DNA of 64,000 nt, from NCBI GenBank assembly GCA_016187415.1, contig JACPJT010000004.1, positions 169,392 to 233,391 on the forward strand. The letters are read 5' to 3'. Below the pieces are notes generated by a model. It did not search any database. It worked only from the letters and a program-made list of their open reading frames with translations, and was not told the DNA's origin. The translations under genes were made by a program, and so were the position numbers. Within the stretch, counting starts at the first letter, position 1. Every line of letters starts with the position of its first letter. Of this stretch, positions 28,007 to 37,903 are shown piece by piece. Source of the DNA: Candidatus Aenigmatarchaeota archaeon. GTDB lineage: Archaea; Aenigmatarchaeota; Aenigmatarchaeia; CG10238-14; SCSR01.

Positions 28007-28447
28007 TTGAGCTTATTTTTGATAAAATTGAGAATCAACACGTGGGTTGTAAGCATAGGAATTGTTGCCTTGTTGCTTGGTGTAGTGGCATTTATAGGAT
28101 ACAATCTTTACGCCCCTAAAACTGGTTATGTGGGTTACACGCCCCCGCAAGATCTTAATGTGTTCACAGGCAAAATAACAAATGCCAAAGTCGCCCCAGG
28201 AAGAATCGAAGGCACAAGCGCATACGATAGAAACTGCATTGGCGACAGTGTAACCGAATGTGACGGTGGAATACTAACTAAAGAATACGGTCTGGTGAAT
28301 TTCCATTATTTTCATGAGATGGCAGTACAACCTTGCATCCATATGTTTGGCTCGGAAAAAATGATAGTAGAAGTCCTTGATTCGGACGGGAACGCAAAAG
28401 TAACAAGAACACAAGACTTTGGTAGCATGGCGGGGCATCATGGTTAG
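28007..28447 (+). CDS. Membrane-anchored Cys/His protein, unknown function
   Basis: TM helix; DRNC...TECDGG...FHYFHEM...PC; ends GHHG. Confidence 0.65.
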   Translation: MSLFLIKLRINTWVVSIGIVALLLGVVAFIGYNLYAPKTGYVGYTPPQDLNVFTGKITNAKVAPGRIEGTSAYDRNCIGDSVTECDGGILTKEYGLVNFHYFHEMAVQPCIHMFGSEKMIVEVLDSDGNAKVTRTQDFGSMAGHHG

Positions 28448-28595
28448 CCTATTCGGTTTTGGTAAACAGAAATGCACCCAATGTAAAATGGAATTGAAAG
28501 GAGATACTTACGAATGGGAAAACAAGAAATTCTGTTGCCAAGATTGCAAACGCTCTTACCGAGTCGGAAGCAAGGGTGAAAAGAGTTGTCATTGA
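28440..28595 (+). CDS. Small TRASH-like metal-binding protein (51 aa, below the ORF cutoff)
   Basis: Hand translation MVSLFGFGKQKCTQCKMELKGDTYEWENKKFCCQDCKRSYRVGSKGEKSCH; overlaps both neighbours. Confidence 0.8.
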   Translation: MVSLFGFGKQKCTQCKMELKGDTYEWENKKFCCQDCKRSYRVGSKGEKSCH

Positions 28596-29098
28596 GAACA
28601 GTTTTGGTTTCCTTCATTTCATTATTCATTTTAATTCCAAGTGCATTTGCACACTGCCCATTATGCACAGCTGCAACAGGAGCAGCAGTAGCCGTAACGA
28701 GACTATATGGTCTTGATGATTCTATTGTTGGTGTGTTTGTAGGAGGAATGGTAGTCGCGACGGGGCTGTGGATCAGCAATCTGCTAAAAAGAATCAACGG
28801 GAATAAAGAATACGTAAAATTTCAACCAGCTATCACACTTCTTCTTTCGTTCATCCTTACCATAGTCACACTGTATTTTGCGAACCTTGTGGGCCCGAAC
28901 AATCCTTTCAAGATTCTAGGCATTGATAGAATTTTATTCGGTACGCTTGTAGGAATAGGAATCTCATTCATGTCTTTCAAAGTCCACAATCTACTTCGGA
29001 TATACAACAAAAATAGAAACTTCATACCGTATCAATCTATCTTGATTCTTATCGTATCGTTGGCAATAAGCTCGTCGATATTGTATATGTTGATGTGA
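28586..29098 (+). CDS. Membrane protein with HCPLC motif
   Basis: SAFAHCPLCT followed by four TM segments. Confidence 0.7.
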   Translation: MSLRTVLVSFISLFILIPSAFAHCPLCTAATGAAVAVTRLYGLDDSIVGVFVGGMVVATGLWISNLLKRINGNKEYVKFQPAITLLLSFILTIVTLYFANLVGPNNPFKILGIDRILFGTLVGIGISFMSFKVHNLLRIYNKNRNFIPYQSILILIVSLAISSSILYMLM

Positions 29099-29443
29099 AT
29101 GACTGCGATCATTTACTATGTATTGCTGACGATGATAGGAGTCTATTTTGCATGGCTGGTTTTAAACAACTTGATTAAAAAAGCATTCGAATTCAAGATT
29201 TGCGCGATATGTGCAACTGTAGTATCAACCTGGTCTGGATTATTGATATTGAAGTTATTCGGATATACTATCGACCTAATTATAGTTGCCGTGTTAATGG
29301 GGCAGTCTGTCGCAGGATTCATGTATTTTATAGAAAGGAGAGCCGACTCGACTAAAAACAAAAGATTGCTCTTGGTCAAACCGTTGGTGATTCTTTTCGG
29401 GACTTTGATCGTGTATTTGGTATTATCGGGTGTGTATCAATGA
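29099..29443 (+). CDS. Membrane protein with CAIC motif
   Basis: KICAICAT...GQSVAG. Confidence 0.7.
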   Translation: MTAIIYYVLLTMIGVYFAWLVLNNLIKKAFEFKICAICATVVSTWSGLLILKLFGYTIDLIIVAVLMGQSVAGFMYFIERRADSTKNKRLLLVKPLVILFGTLIVYLVLSGVYQ

Positions 29444-29508
29444 AAAGAATCAAGAAAATATTTAAAATCATAATAAGAGCGATTGAAGAGTGTTGCAAGA
29501 ATGGCTAA
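29440..29508 (+). CDS. Possible 22-aa Cys-Cys peptide
   Basis: MKRIKKIFKIIIRAIEECCKNG; ATGA overlap upstream, stop overlaps the next ATG. Confidence 0.4.
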   Translation: MKRIKKIFKIIIRAIEECCKNG

Positions 29509-30202
29509 AAAGACTTTTCAAGACAGGTCAGTAATTCACGGTATTTTATCAAGTCTATCGCTTATCCTAGTGTATTTCACTATTGTGGGATTGTTTCAAG
29601 GGATGGCATATGCTATTAACAGGTTCGTTGAACTCTGGTATTTGATGACACCTCTTGTAGCAGGATTCGGTTTCCAAATTGGTCTTTTCTCGTACATTAG
29701 AAATTTCATGATGATGAAAGCAGGAACGGTCGGCATATCGGGAGGTGCATCTGCGATTTCAATGGTGGCATGCTGCGCACATCACATAACAGATGTGATA
29801 CCAATTCTCGGCGTATCCGCATTGGGCATATTTCTGCTTGAGTACCAGCCTCTTTTTCTTGTTCTTGGTATAATCTCGAATTTAGCGGGCATCTTCTTTA
29901 TGATGGATGTCGCAAAGAAAGGTGGCGTGAAATTCAGAAACGGTATTTTAAAAAATATCATCAGGTATGATTACGGCAAGTTGTTTAAGATTACAATTAT
30001 TGCCGGTATTTTTGTGTTAATTGTGAGCGCATTGTTCATAGGATATCAATGGTATCAAAAGTATTATGGAAAAGGTTACAGTAGCGCTGTATCATCTGAA
30101 CTGGAAAATAAGTGTGCTACACCCCCGGGATATACGGACGAATCGTGGAGAGAGCATATGGGCCACCATCCTGATAGGTATAAAGAATGTTTAGGAGGTT
30201 AA
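29501..30202 (+). CDS. Membrane protein with CCAHH and WREHMGHHP motifs
   Basis: SMVACCAHH in the TM region; C-terminal KCATP...WREHMGHHP...EC. Confidence 0.7.
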   Translation: MAKKTFQDRSVIHGILSSLSLILVYFTIVGLFQGMAYAINRFVELWYLMTPLVAGFGFQIGLFSYIRNFMMMKAGTVGISGGASAISMVACCAHHITDVIPILGVSALGIFLLEYQPLFLVLGIISNLAGIFFMMDVAKKGGVKFRNGILKNIIRYDYGKLFKITIIAGIFVLIVSALFIGYQWYQKYYGKGYSSAVSSELENKCATPPGYTDESWREHMGHHPDRYKECLGG

Positions 30203-30276
30203 CAAATGCCGGGTGTTGTGGGTACAAGAAATGTAAGCATTATCAATAATATAAACTCCAGAGAGATGTATTGATT

Positions 30277-30789
30277 ATGAAAAACGCATGGATGATTATA
30301 ATTGTCGGTATTCTAGTTTTGGCTAGCTCTGCATATGCGCATATGGGCGTGTCCTCTGTTGAAGATGTGATGAATTCTATGATGTCTTTGCAAAATGTGA
30401 ACAATACGGCACAATTGGACTGCAATAAAATACCCGATAGCGAATTTACAGAACTTGGAGATGCCGTAATGGGACGTATGGTTGGAAATACTGAACTACA
30501 TGAACAAATGGACAATATGATGGGAGGCGAAGGTTCCGCTAGTCTAAACCAGATGCACCTTATCATGGGTAGGAACTGGATGGGATGTAACAGTACTAAT
30601 TTTCAAGGAATGATGGGAACGTACATGATGCCTGGGATGATGAGGGTGATGGGCAATTATTATCCCGGATACTACAACAGCTACAGTACTGCACTAATAT
30701 TTGCCGTGATTGGATGGATTTTGTTCTTATTCACTCTTGTGATTTTAATCCTAGTTTTTGCGGGACAGATAAAAATCCGTAGAAAGTAA
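30277..30789 (+). CDS. Met-rich exported protein with C-terminal anchor
   Basis: Signal peptide, HEQMDNMMGGEGS, MMGTYMMPGMMRVMG, terminal TM helix. Confidence 0.7.
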   Translation: MKNAWMIIIVGILVLASSAYAHMGVSSVEDVMNSMMSLQNVNNTAQLDCNKIPDSEFTELGDAVMGRMVGNTELHEQMDNMMGGEGSASLNQMHLIMGRNWMGCNSTNFQGMMGTYMMPGMMRVMGNYYPGYYNSYSTALIFAVIGWILFLFTLVILILVFAGQIKIRRK

Positions 30790-30907
30790 TTTTGATTTTG
30801 GGCGCTGCAACAGGTTAGCACCTGAGAGATTGCCGCGAGCCGGTATTTTTACCTATGGGGAGATGATCTGCGGTGATAAGGATAAGTATATTCAAACCCA
30901 ATTTTAA

Positions 30908-31444
30908 TTGATGGCAAAAAGAAAACACTTGGATAAGCTTGTTTCTGTGCTGCAGTTTGTACTTATAGCCACGTTAATTCTAAGACTGTTCTATGCATAT
31001 GAATGGCTGAACTCAGGAATAGGCAAGATACAGGAAATAACCAAAGACGCACAGGGGTATTTCGCAAGAATGAATCCTGTAATATCAAAAGCGTGGACAG
31101 ACGGTTCCCAAACTACAAAAGCCAATCCATATACGTTTATGGTAAGTTTCTTGAAAGATGTAGTATCGCCTAATATTGGAACATTTTTGACATTGACTGC
31201 GATAGCTGAAGCTTCGGTGGGAATATGCTATCTGCTCGGATTCCTAGTCAGACCCGCTGCCATCGTAGGCATGCTGCTGAGTTTAACGTTCTTCCTTGCA
31301 GCAGGGCATACATCACCTTCCACTGCCGGTATAAACATACTTATGTTCGGCGGTCAACTTTTCCTGTTCCTAGTCTCTGCAGGAAGGGCATATGGGTTGG
31401 ATGCAGTGTTAAATAAAAGATTCAAAAACCTAAATATATTCTAG
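30908..31444 (+). CDS. DoxX/DoxD (TQO small subunit-like) membrane protein
   Basis: LRLFYAYEWLNSGIGK, AEASVGICYLLG, AGRAYGLD. Confidence 0.8.
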   Translation: MMAKRKHLDKLVSVLQFVLIATLILRLFYAYEWLNSGIGKIQEITKDAQGYFARMNPVISKAWTDGSQTTKANPYTFMVSFLKDVVSPNIGTFLTLTAIAEASVGICYLLGFLVRPAAIVGMLLSLTFFLAAGHTSPSTAGINILMFGGQLFLFLVSAGRAYGLDAVLNKRFKNLNIF

Positions 31445-32557
31445 ATGATATTCGAAGATTTGATTTACAAGACGAAACTGTTTTTCCATTTTGTTAAATT
31501 TGCGCTTAAGTACTGGCAGACAGTGGGCGGCTTGGAACAAGCCAAAAAGGAAAAAATGAAAGAGCGGTTTATAGTTCCGAAGCTTGGGAAGAAAAATTAT
31601 GACTTGATTATTATCGGGTGCGGCCCTGCAGGACTCGCTGCCGCCATATACGCCGCGAGACAAAAGCTGGACTTCTGCGTGATATCAAAGGATATCGGCG
31701 GGCAGACAAACATCAACACATATCCTATAGAGAATTATCTTGGTTATCATTACATCACTGGTGTTGAACTGGAACAGAAGTTTGAGGAACACTTGAAAGA
31801 CTTTAACGTTGACATTAAATCGGAAGAAATAAAAAAAATAGCACAAATTAAAAACGGTTTTAACATTGCAACTAGCAGTTCTATGTATTTTACGAAGGCG
31901 TTGCTTGTAGCAAGCGGCAGAGTCAATCAGACATTGAATGTTCCCGGTGAGCTGGACTTCCAGGGAAGAGGCGTGTCATTTTGCGCGCATTGCGACGGAC
32001 CATTGTTCAAGAATAAAGTCGTTGCCGTAATTGGCGGCGGAAGGTCCGGCCTTGATTCTGCATCTCAACTGGTTAATCTGGCGTCAAAGGTTTACTTGGT
32101 TGAACTATCCGGTGAAATAAAACATCTGGGACCGACAATGGAATATGTAAAGAACAACCCGAAAATTGAGATACTTACAAAAACCAAACCGCTGGAAATT
32201 TCTGGAGACCAAGTTGTAAGAGGTATCACTGTTTCCCAGAACGGGAAGGAAAGAAAAATGAACGTTGATGCTGTTTTCGTTAATATTGGGTATAAGCCCA
32301 GCACGGAGTTTCTTAAAGGTGTTGTGAAGATGAATGAAAGAGACGAGATTATAATTGATAAGAATAATCACACCAGCATTTCTGGTATATTTGCTGCCGG
32401 GGATTGCACCGTTATAGGCGAAAAGCAGGTAAGTGTTGCTGCTGGCGAGGGTGCGCAGGCTTTCATTGCGGCATCAGAATATTTGACAAGATTAAAAGGT
32501 AAGAACAAGGAAATAGTGGCTAAAGTTTATGGCACTAGACAAGAGAGCGGTCTTTAA
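31445..32557 (+). CDS. Thioredoxin-reductase/AhpF-like FAD oxidoreductase
   Basis: GCGPAG, GVSFCAHCDG, GGGRSG, FAAGDC. Confidence 0.9.
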   Translation: MIFEDLIYKTKLFFHFVKFALKYWQTVGGLEQAKKEKMKERFIVPKLGKKNYDLIIIGCGPAGLAAAIYAARQKLDFCVISKDIGGQTNINTYPIENYLGYHYITGVELEQKFEEHLKDFNVDIKSEEIKKIAQIKNGFNIATSSSMYFTKALLVASGRVNQTLNVPGELDFQGRGVSFCAHCDGPLFKNKVVAVIGGGRSGLDSASQLVNLASKVYLVELSGEIKHLGPTMEYVKNNPKIEILTKTKPLEISGDQVVRGITVSQNGKERKMNVDAVFVNIGYKPSTEFLKGVVKMNERDEIIIDKNNHTSISGIFAAGDCTVIGEKQVSVAAGEGAQAFIAASEYLTRLKGKNKEIVAKVYGTRQESGL

Positions 32558-32819
32558 AGAACTGGAGAAAGTTTTGGATCCAGAGTTGAATGTATCCATA
32601 GTGGAATTAGAGCTTGTGGACAAGATAGAAATCAAGAATGGTAATGTCACAATAAGTTTTCATTTGACTGCGCCGTATTGCCCGCCTATGCTTGCGCTGA
32701 AGATGGCATACGACATAAAGGAAGTTGTATCGCGTATGCCAGACGTAAAATCAGTAAAGTTGAACATGAGCGGGCATTATCTTTCTGCTGATTTGAACAA
32801 AGAAGTTAACAAAAACTAA
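32529..32819 (+). CDS. DUF59/SufT-like metal-sulfur cluster assembly protein
   Basis: DPELNVSIVELELV, LTAPYCP. Confidence 0.85.
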   Translation: MALDKRAVFKELEKVLDPELNVSIVELELVDKIEIKNGNVTISFHLTAPYCPPMLALKMAYDIKEVVSRMPDVKSVKLNMSGHYLSADLNKEVNKN

Positions 32820-32820
32820 A

Positions 32821-33114
32821 TTATAGAGATCTCGTCAAACCGACAATAAATCCTACGATAAATCCAATCAGTAACAATAACAACCCTAAAGATGAAATGA
32901 CCAAAAATGTAATACCCAAGCCGTAACTCTTTCGTCTTATCAATTTGATGCTATAAACGATTGTTATAATAAAAGCCACTAGATACACAAACTCTGCAAC
33001 TAATTTAAGGAGAATTGATGGGACGATTACATCTGCTATAACCCCAATCATTCCTATCGTAAAAAACGTAATCGCTTTGCTTCTAATTTTGGGCAAATCT
33101 TTTGCTTGTGCCAT
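32821..33114 (-). CDS. Hypothetical membrane protein
   Basis: Three hydrophobic segments. Confidence 0.55.
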   Translation of the reverse strand: MAQAKDLPKIRSKAITFFTIGMIGVIADVIVPSILLKLVAEFVYLVAFIITIVYSIKLIRRKSYGLGITFLVISSLGLLLLLIGFIVGFIVGLTRSL

Positions 33115-33169
33115 TTATTCTCTTATTGTAATATTAATGATTCTGTATTTAAACATGTTGACAAAAAAA

Positions 33170-34159
33170 CTAAATCGAGAGATTCACATTTACGCCTTTG
33201 TCATTGATTTTCCGCTGTTCAACCAAAAAGTCCTTGTAACGTTCATCTGCTTCGCTTAACCTATGAAGCATGTCATTTTCAACATATTCTGGGTCGACGT
33301 AGCGGAATTTCTTTTTCTTTATGGTTTGTGGGGCATCTTCATTCGGCAAAAGAGTTTTTTTGGACGATAAAATATTCAACATTTTATTTATTTCCAAGTT
33401 TTTGCCTGCTTTCAATTTTCCGATGACGTGACTGTCATCATGGTAAAAATCTTCCATGAAAATTATTTTCTCATCTAATCCTATCTTCAAAAGTTTTGAG
33501 AACAGATGATACCTCACTACTGTATCTGTCGAACCCCAATGTTCCATTTGGCATCTCATGAAATTCCTGCCAAATGCTTCTGCGGCAGCTTTTGAACTAA
33601 AAACCATCTTTCCGTCATATATCCTCAGACTATCAAGACATAATTTTACTATTTCCGGATTCGTCCAATAATGAAATTCTTTCAGGGCGTAATCCACACG
33701 GTCTGCACATAAGTTAGGCAGCTCACTTTCGAGCAAACTGTATTTCTCGATATCCGTGACAGACATATCAAAACCAAACTTTGATAATATTTCTGGGATT
33801 TCCGATTTGGATATCATCTCTTTGTGTGTCTTGTCCTGGAAATCCTCCTTGTCCGGATCGCCGATAACCCAGTCTATGACATGCGAGAATGCTGTATGTG
33901 AAACGTCATGCAATAATCCTGCTACTTGTTCTTCTAGAGATGCGCCAAGCTTCCGCAATAACAGCATGGCTCCCACACAATGGTCATACCGACTGAAACC
34001 CGGGAAGAGGTAGTATTCTTTTGGTATGCCATATTGCTCTATGTTTTTTAATCGTTGCAGCGGCTTGGACTCTATCAGTGCGATTAAAACAGGCTCGTTA
34101 ACTTCGACTGATTCGTATACAACATCATTAATTTTCATGTAACCTATTGAAATGTCCAA
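33170..34159 (-). CDS. HD-domain phosphohydrolase
   Basis: SRYDHCVG, LLHDVSHTAFSH, ADRVDY. Confidence 0.9.
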   Translation of the reverse strand: MDISIGYMKINDVVYESVEVNEPVLIALIESKPLQRLKNIEQYGIPKEYYLFPGFSRYDHCVGAMLLLRKLGASLEEQVAGLLHDVSHTAFSHVIDWVIGDPDKEDFQDKTHKEMISKSEIPEILSKFGFDMSVTDIEKYSLLESELPNLCADRVDYALKEFHYWTNPEIVKLCLDSLRIYDGKMVFSSKAAAEAFGRNFMRCQMEHWGSTDTVVRYHLFSKLLKIGLDEKIIFMEDFYHDDSHVIGKLKAGKNLEINKMLNILSSKKTLLPNEDAPQTIKKKKFRYVDPEYVENDMLHRLSEADERYKDFLVEQRKINDKGVNVNLSI

Positions 34160-34220
34160 ATCTTTAAAGATAAGTACGTCATGTGGAAATCGGGAAGAAA
34201 AGAAAAAACAAAAGAAACGT

Positions 34221-34622
34221 TTAAGCTTTTCTTGCTAGTAAGTAGACTTCCTTTATAGCTACTATTACTGCAGCTGGCGCAACGAATGTTGATATGTTGG
34301 CCAATATCGCGGAAAGGTAACCACCGATTACAGGCAAGACACTGTATAATCCAGTGTAGCCTGTTGAAGCGCCTCCATAACCTGCCACGCCTGCAATAAG
34401 CAAGGCTATAGCCGCCAGGAGAAATGAATTAGATTCTCTTGCGCTAACGTTAACCAGTCCAACAATAATGCCTAGTACGACTAGGACTGCTGTTACTGTA
34501 GCTGCCGGAATTACTGTTTCACTTGGGAATAACCCAAGTATTACTGCTAGCAATAATCCAACTAGAAAAGCCCATTCGCCAACTTTAGGAGCGGCTTGTG
34601 AGCTTCGTTTTGCTTTTGGCAT
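34221..34622 (-). CDS. Conserved-looking four-TM membrane protein
   Basis: GEWAFLVG...GLVNVSARE..FLLA...FVAPAAVIVA. Confidence 0.65.
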   Translation of the reverse strand: MPKAKRSSQAAPKVGEWAFLVGLLLAVILGLFPSETVIPAATVTAVLVVLGIIVGLVNVSARESNSFLLAAIALLIAGVAGYGGASTGYTGLYSVLPVIGGYLSAILANISTFVAPAAVIVAIKEVYLLARKA

Positions 34623-34709
34623 AATAGAATTATTTGGAATTATTATATTAAAGGTATCTAATTAGTTGGAGATAATTGAATATAAATAACATTACTGCCA
34701 TTTGTAAAC

Positions 34710-35129
34710 ATGGAAGAAAGAGAAACAAGAATTACACGACATATTAGAAAAATATTAGGTGATGGTTATTTTGTGACAGAAACCCCGTTAGGAAGAGCCG
34801 AACATGTTTATATACAAAAGAAGGGTGAATTTTTCAGACATCCCCCACAACAACCGCTGGATATATTGATTAAGGAAATATTCCCAGACGTGTCCTACAA
34901 TTTGAAAGTTTTCCCAGATGGTTTCTTTGATACTTCTTCCCCAGAGAAAGATGAACTGGTCCTGACATTTGGCTATCCATCAAACTATACTGGACATTTC
35001 GTTGTATTTGGAAATGATAATCATGTTATGTTGGGTTTGGTGCGGAGAGGGAGATATCCGACAAGAATACAGAGTAAAAGGTATGTTGATCTAGTTACTA
35101 GAATCTTCTCAGGGTTTTATCAAAAATAG
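34710..35129 (+). CDS. Hypothetical protein
   Basis: ORF with ATG, fills the gap between neighbours. Confidence 0.55.
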   Translation: MEERETRITRHIRKILGDGYFVTETPLGRAEHVYIQKKGEFFRHPPQQPLDILIKEIFPDVSYNLKVFPDGFFDTSSPEKDELVLTFGYPSNYTGHFVVFGNDNHVMLGLVRRGRYPTRIQSKRYVDLVTRIFSGFYQK

Positions 35130-35143
35130 ATACTAATCAGTTG

Positions 35144-35347
35144 TTATTTTTTCTGATAAGGTCCTAAAGAACCATCAGCTTGATGTTCATCATCAATAAA
35201 TCTTATACCAAGCGCTCTACGAATTTTAACCGTACGCTGACTGGAAAGAAAATACACTGCGCCCATAAATAATCCTCCCGCGATAACAATCCCGCCAGCT
35301 AACGTATATGGAGTAAAAACCGCTTTGAGATATTCACCCACTCCCAT
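35144..35347 (-). CDS. Small hypothetical membrane protein
   Basis: Single TM helix. Confidence 0.45.
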   Translation of the reverse strand: MGVGEYLKAVFTPYTLAGGIVIAGGLFMGAVYFLSSQRTVKIRRALGIRFIDDEHQADGSLGPYQKK

Positions 35348-35368
35348 GATTATATATTAGCTCAAAAC

Positions 35369-35641
35369 TTATTTAAAGATGTGAAATTCCTCGAACTCTT
35401 TCTTAGGTTCTTCTTCCCTGACTTCAATCTTATCAACTACAGCAAGCAGCGGCCCTTTCTTGCATTTCTCTATAATCTCGGATATCGTATTCTCATTGCC
35501 TTCGAACACGGCTTCAACTGTACCGTCCAGATTATTCTTCACCCATCCTGTCAATCCAAGCTCCTTTGCATGTTTCCTTACAAAATTTCTAAAACCCACG
35601 TTCTGCACGATGCCGTATATCCTGGCGGTTACCCGTTTCAT
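35369..35641 (-). CDS. acyP: Acylphosphatase
   Basis: IYGIVQNVGFR, GWVKNNLDGTVE, GP. Confidence 0.92.
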   Translation of the reverse strand: MKRVTARIYGIVQNVGFRNFVRKHAKELGLTGWVKNNLDGTVEAVFEGNENTISEIIEKCKKGPLLAVVDKIEVREEEPKKEFEEFHIFK

Positions 35642-35781
35642 GAAAATTAAGGGATTGTTCAAGTTTTTATTCTTTGAAACCGAATTACTTCAACATGAAA
35701 TCAAAAACGAAATCCAGAGAGAAAGAAGATTCATGCGAATGCGGAAACAAGCACGGCTGCTGCTAGTGTTGAAATGTTAAA

Positions 35782-36192
35782 TTACTTCTCGATTGACTTT
35801 TCAAACCATTTGAAGGGAACGAGAATTATTAAAATCAAAATAGTTGATGCGATAGCTATATAATATTCGCCCAATCCTACCAGTACACCTATGGCAGCCA
35901 GTGTCCAGATTTCTGCGGCGGTTGTCATACCCTTGACCTTATTCTTTGATTGAAATATAGACCCTGCACCAAGAAATCCTATTCCAGTCACAATTCCAGG
36001 CAATAATTTAGATACTTCAGTATCGCCCAAACCAAGCGCTGCCAGTGTGAAAAGGCACGAGCCAAGTGCAACCAGAGAATGCGTTCTTAATCCTGCTGGT
36101 TTTTTATGTACGCCTCTTTCGAGGCCTATCAACATGCCTAAAAGAGTTGATATTAGAAGCTTGATCAATATCCCGGTTTCAAGTGCTACCAT
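35782..36192 (-). CDS. MgtC/SapB-family membrane protein
   Basis: GLERG..KKPAGLRTH, GIGFLGAG, GMTTAA. Confidence 0.9.
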   Translation of the reverse strand: MVALETGILIKLLISTLLGMLIGLERGVHKKPAGLRTHSLVALGSCLFTLAALGLGDTEVSKLLPGIVTGIGFLGAGSIFQSKNKVKGMTTAAEIWTLAAIGVLVGLGEYYIAIASTILILIILVPFKWFEKSIEK

Positions 36193-36218
36193 TAACTGTA
36201 TTATGGCTTTTATTTTTA

Positions 36219-37388
36219 TTAAGATTTCTCCAGAACTGCTTTCACAATGCTTTCCTTTATCCCTGCATCGGTCATCTTTGGTATGATGTACTCCTCATTT
36301 AGTTTGTCGGCTGGAATATAGTCCGCAAGCGCATACGCTGTAGCCAGTCTCATTTCATCGGTTATCTTTTTTGCTCCGCTGTCGAACACCGCCCTGAAAA
36401 GTGCGGGAAACGCCAAGCTGTTGTTAACCTGGTTCGGAAAATCGCTCCTGCCTGTTGCAACAATTCGCGCACCTGCGTCTTTTGCATCGTTGGGATTTAT
36501 ATCGGGCTCGGGGTTGCTCAATGCGAAGACTATAGGATCGCTTGACATGGAACTGACCATTTCCTTTGTTATGAATCCCTGTTTTCCCGTGACCGCTATC
36601 AACACATCCGCATTTTCAACCGCATCTTCAATTCCGCCTTTGATGTTCTCGGGATTTGTGATGTTCGCCAAATTTTCCTTGTACGGATTCATGTTCTCGG
36701 TTCTTCCCCGGAATATCACGCCTTTGGAATCGGTGACTAGAATATTTTTAGCGCCAGCTTTCAACAGAATTTTTGTTATGCCGACACCGGCCGCGCCAGC
36801 CCCAGCAATGATAATCTTAACGTCACCCATGTCTTTTTTCACGATTTTCAGCGCGTTAATTAGTGCCGCAAGCGCGACTATTCCTGTTCCGTATTGGTCA
36901 TCATGAAAAACGGGTGTATCCAATTCTTTCTCAAGCCTGTCAACAATCTCGAAGCATCTGGGAGAATCTATGTCTTCGATGTTTATCCCGCCAAAAGTCG
37001 GCGAGATCTTTTTAACGATGTTTATTATCTCTTCTGTATCCTGGGTGGCTAGGCATATCGGTATCGCATCGACACCACCAAATACCTTGAACAAAAGCGC
37101 CTTCCCTTCCATCACAGGCAGCGCGGCTTCGGGTCCTATGTCGCCCAGCCCCAAAACCCTTGAGCCGTCGGTGATTATTGCTATCGTGTTCCATTTTGAC
37201 GTGTATTCATATGCAGACTCTTTGTTTTTGAAAATTTCCATCGACACCGCTGCCACGCCTGGCGTATAAAGGAGCGCCAAATCGTCCAAAGATTTTACAG
37301 GATATTTGCTGTTGATTTCGATTTTTCCTCTCAGTTTCTTATGCAGCTCTAAAGCCCGCTCACTTATGTCCATATCATCTGATTGCAT
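36219..37388 (-). CDS. NAD(P)-dependent malic enzyme
   Basis: YTPGVA, PVMEGKA, INIEDI, FHDDQYGT, GAGAAG, QVNN. Confidence 0.92.
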   Translation of the reverse strand: MQSDDMDISERALELHKKLRGKIEINSKYPVKSLDDLALLYTPGVAAVSMEIFKNKESAYEYTSKWNTIAIITDGSRVLGLGDIGPEAALPVMEGKALLFKVFGGVDAIPICLATQDTEEIINIVKKISPTFGGINIEDIDSPRCFEIVDRLEKELDTPVFHDDQYGTGIVALAALINALKIVKKDMGDVKIIIAGAGAAGVGITKILLKAGAKNILVTDSKGVIFRGRTENMNPYKENLANITNPENIKGGIEDAVENADVLIAVTGKQGFITKEMVSSMSSDPIVFALSNPEPDINPNDAKDAGARIVATGRSDFPNQVNNSLAFPALFRAVFDSGAKKITDEMRLATAYALADYIPADKLNEEYIIPKMTDAGIKESIVKAVLEKS

Positions 37389-37417
37389 ACATTTGTTTAT
37401 AAAACGAAAATATACTT

Positions 37418-37579
37418 ATGCCAAAAAAGCTTCCAGCGAAAAAAATTATATACAAATGCAAAATTTGCGGGTTTGGGTACAATGATGAAAAGATGGCGCA
37501 AAAATGTCATGGCTGGTGCAGCAAACATAAAAGCTGCAACCTTCAGATAACAAGAAATGCCGTATATTTTCCTAAATGA
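37418..37579 (+). CDS. Small Cys-rich zinc-binding protein (53 aa, below the ORF cutoff)
   Basis: Hand translation ...YKCKICGFGYNDEKMAQKCHGWCSKHKSCNLQITRNA. Confidence 0.7.
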   Translation: MPKKLPAKKIIYKCKICGFGYNDEKMAQKCHGWCSKHKSCNLQITRNAVYFPK

Positions 37580-37653
37580 ATTGAAATACTTTAATATCTA
37601 TAAAGGAAAGATATATCTTAACCAAAAAATCATAAGATATAAGGGGTCATAAA

Positions 37654-37902
37654 ATGGTCAAGGTTCAACTGGTTTATACAAAAAGTTGTGTATACTGTCC
37701 TATCGCGAAGGGTTTGTTCAAGGACTTGAAAAAGCAGTACAAGTTTGACTATGAAGAGATCGATGCCATGTCGCCCGAAGGGCAGAAGATGGCTTCCAAA
37801 TTCTCAATAATGTCCGTGCCTACAATAGTTGTTGACGGCAAGGTTCAATGGGTCGGCGTGCCTCAGAAGGACAAGGTCATATCCGTGATTTCAGGTAAGT
37901 GA
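37654..37902 (+). CDS. Thioredoxin/glutaredoxin-like protein
   Basis: TKSCVYCP, SVPTIVVDG. Confidence 0.88.
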   Translation: MVKVQLVYTKSCVYCPIAKGLFKDLKKQYKFDYEEIDAMSPEGQKMASKFSIMSVPTIVVDGKVQWVGVPQKDKVISVISGK

Positions 37903-37903
37903 A

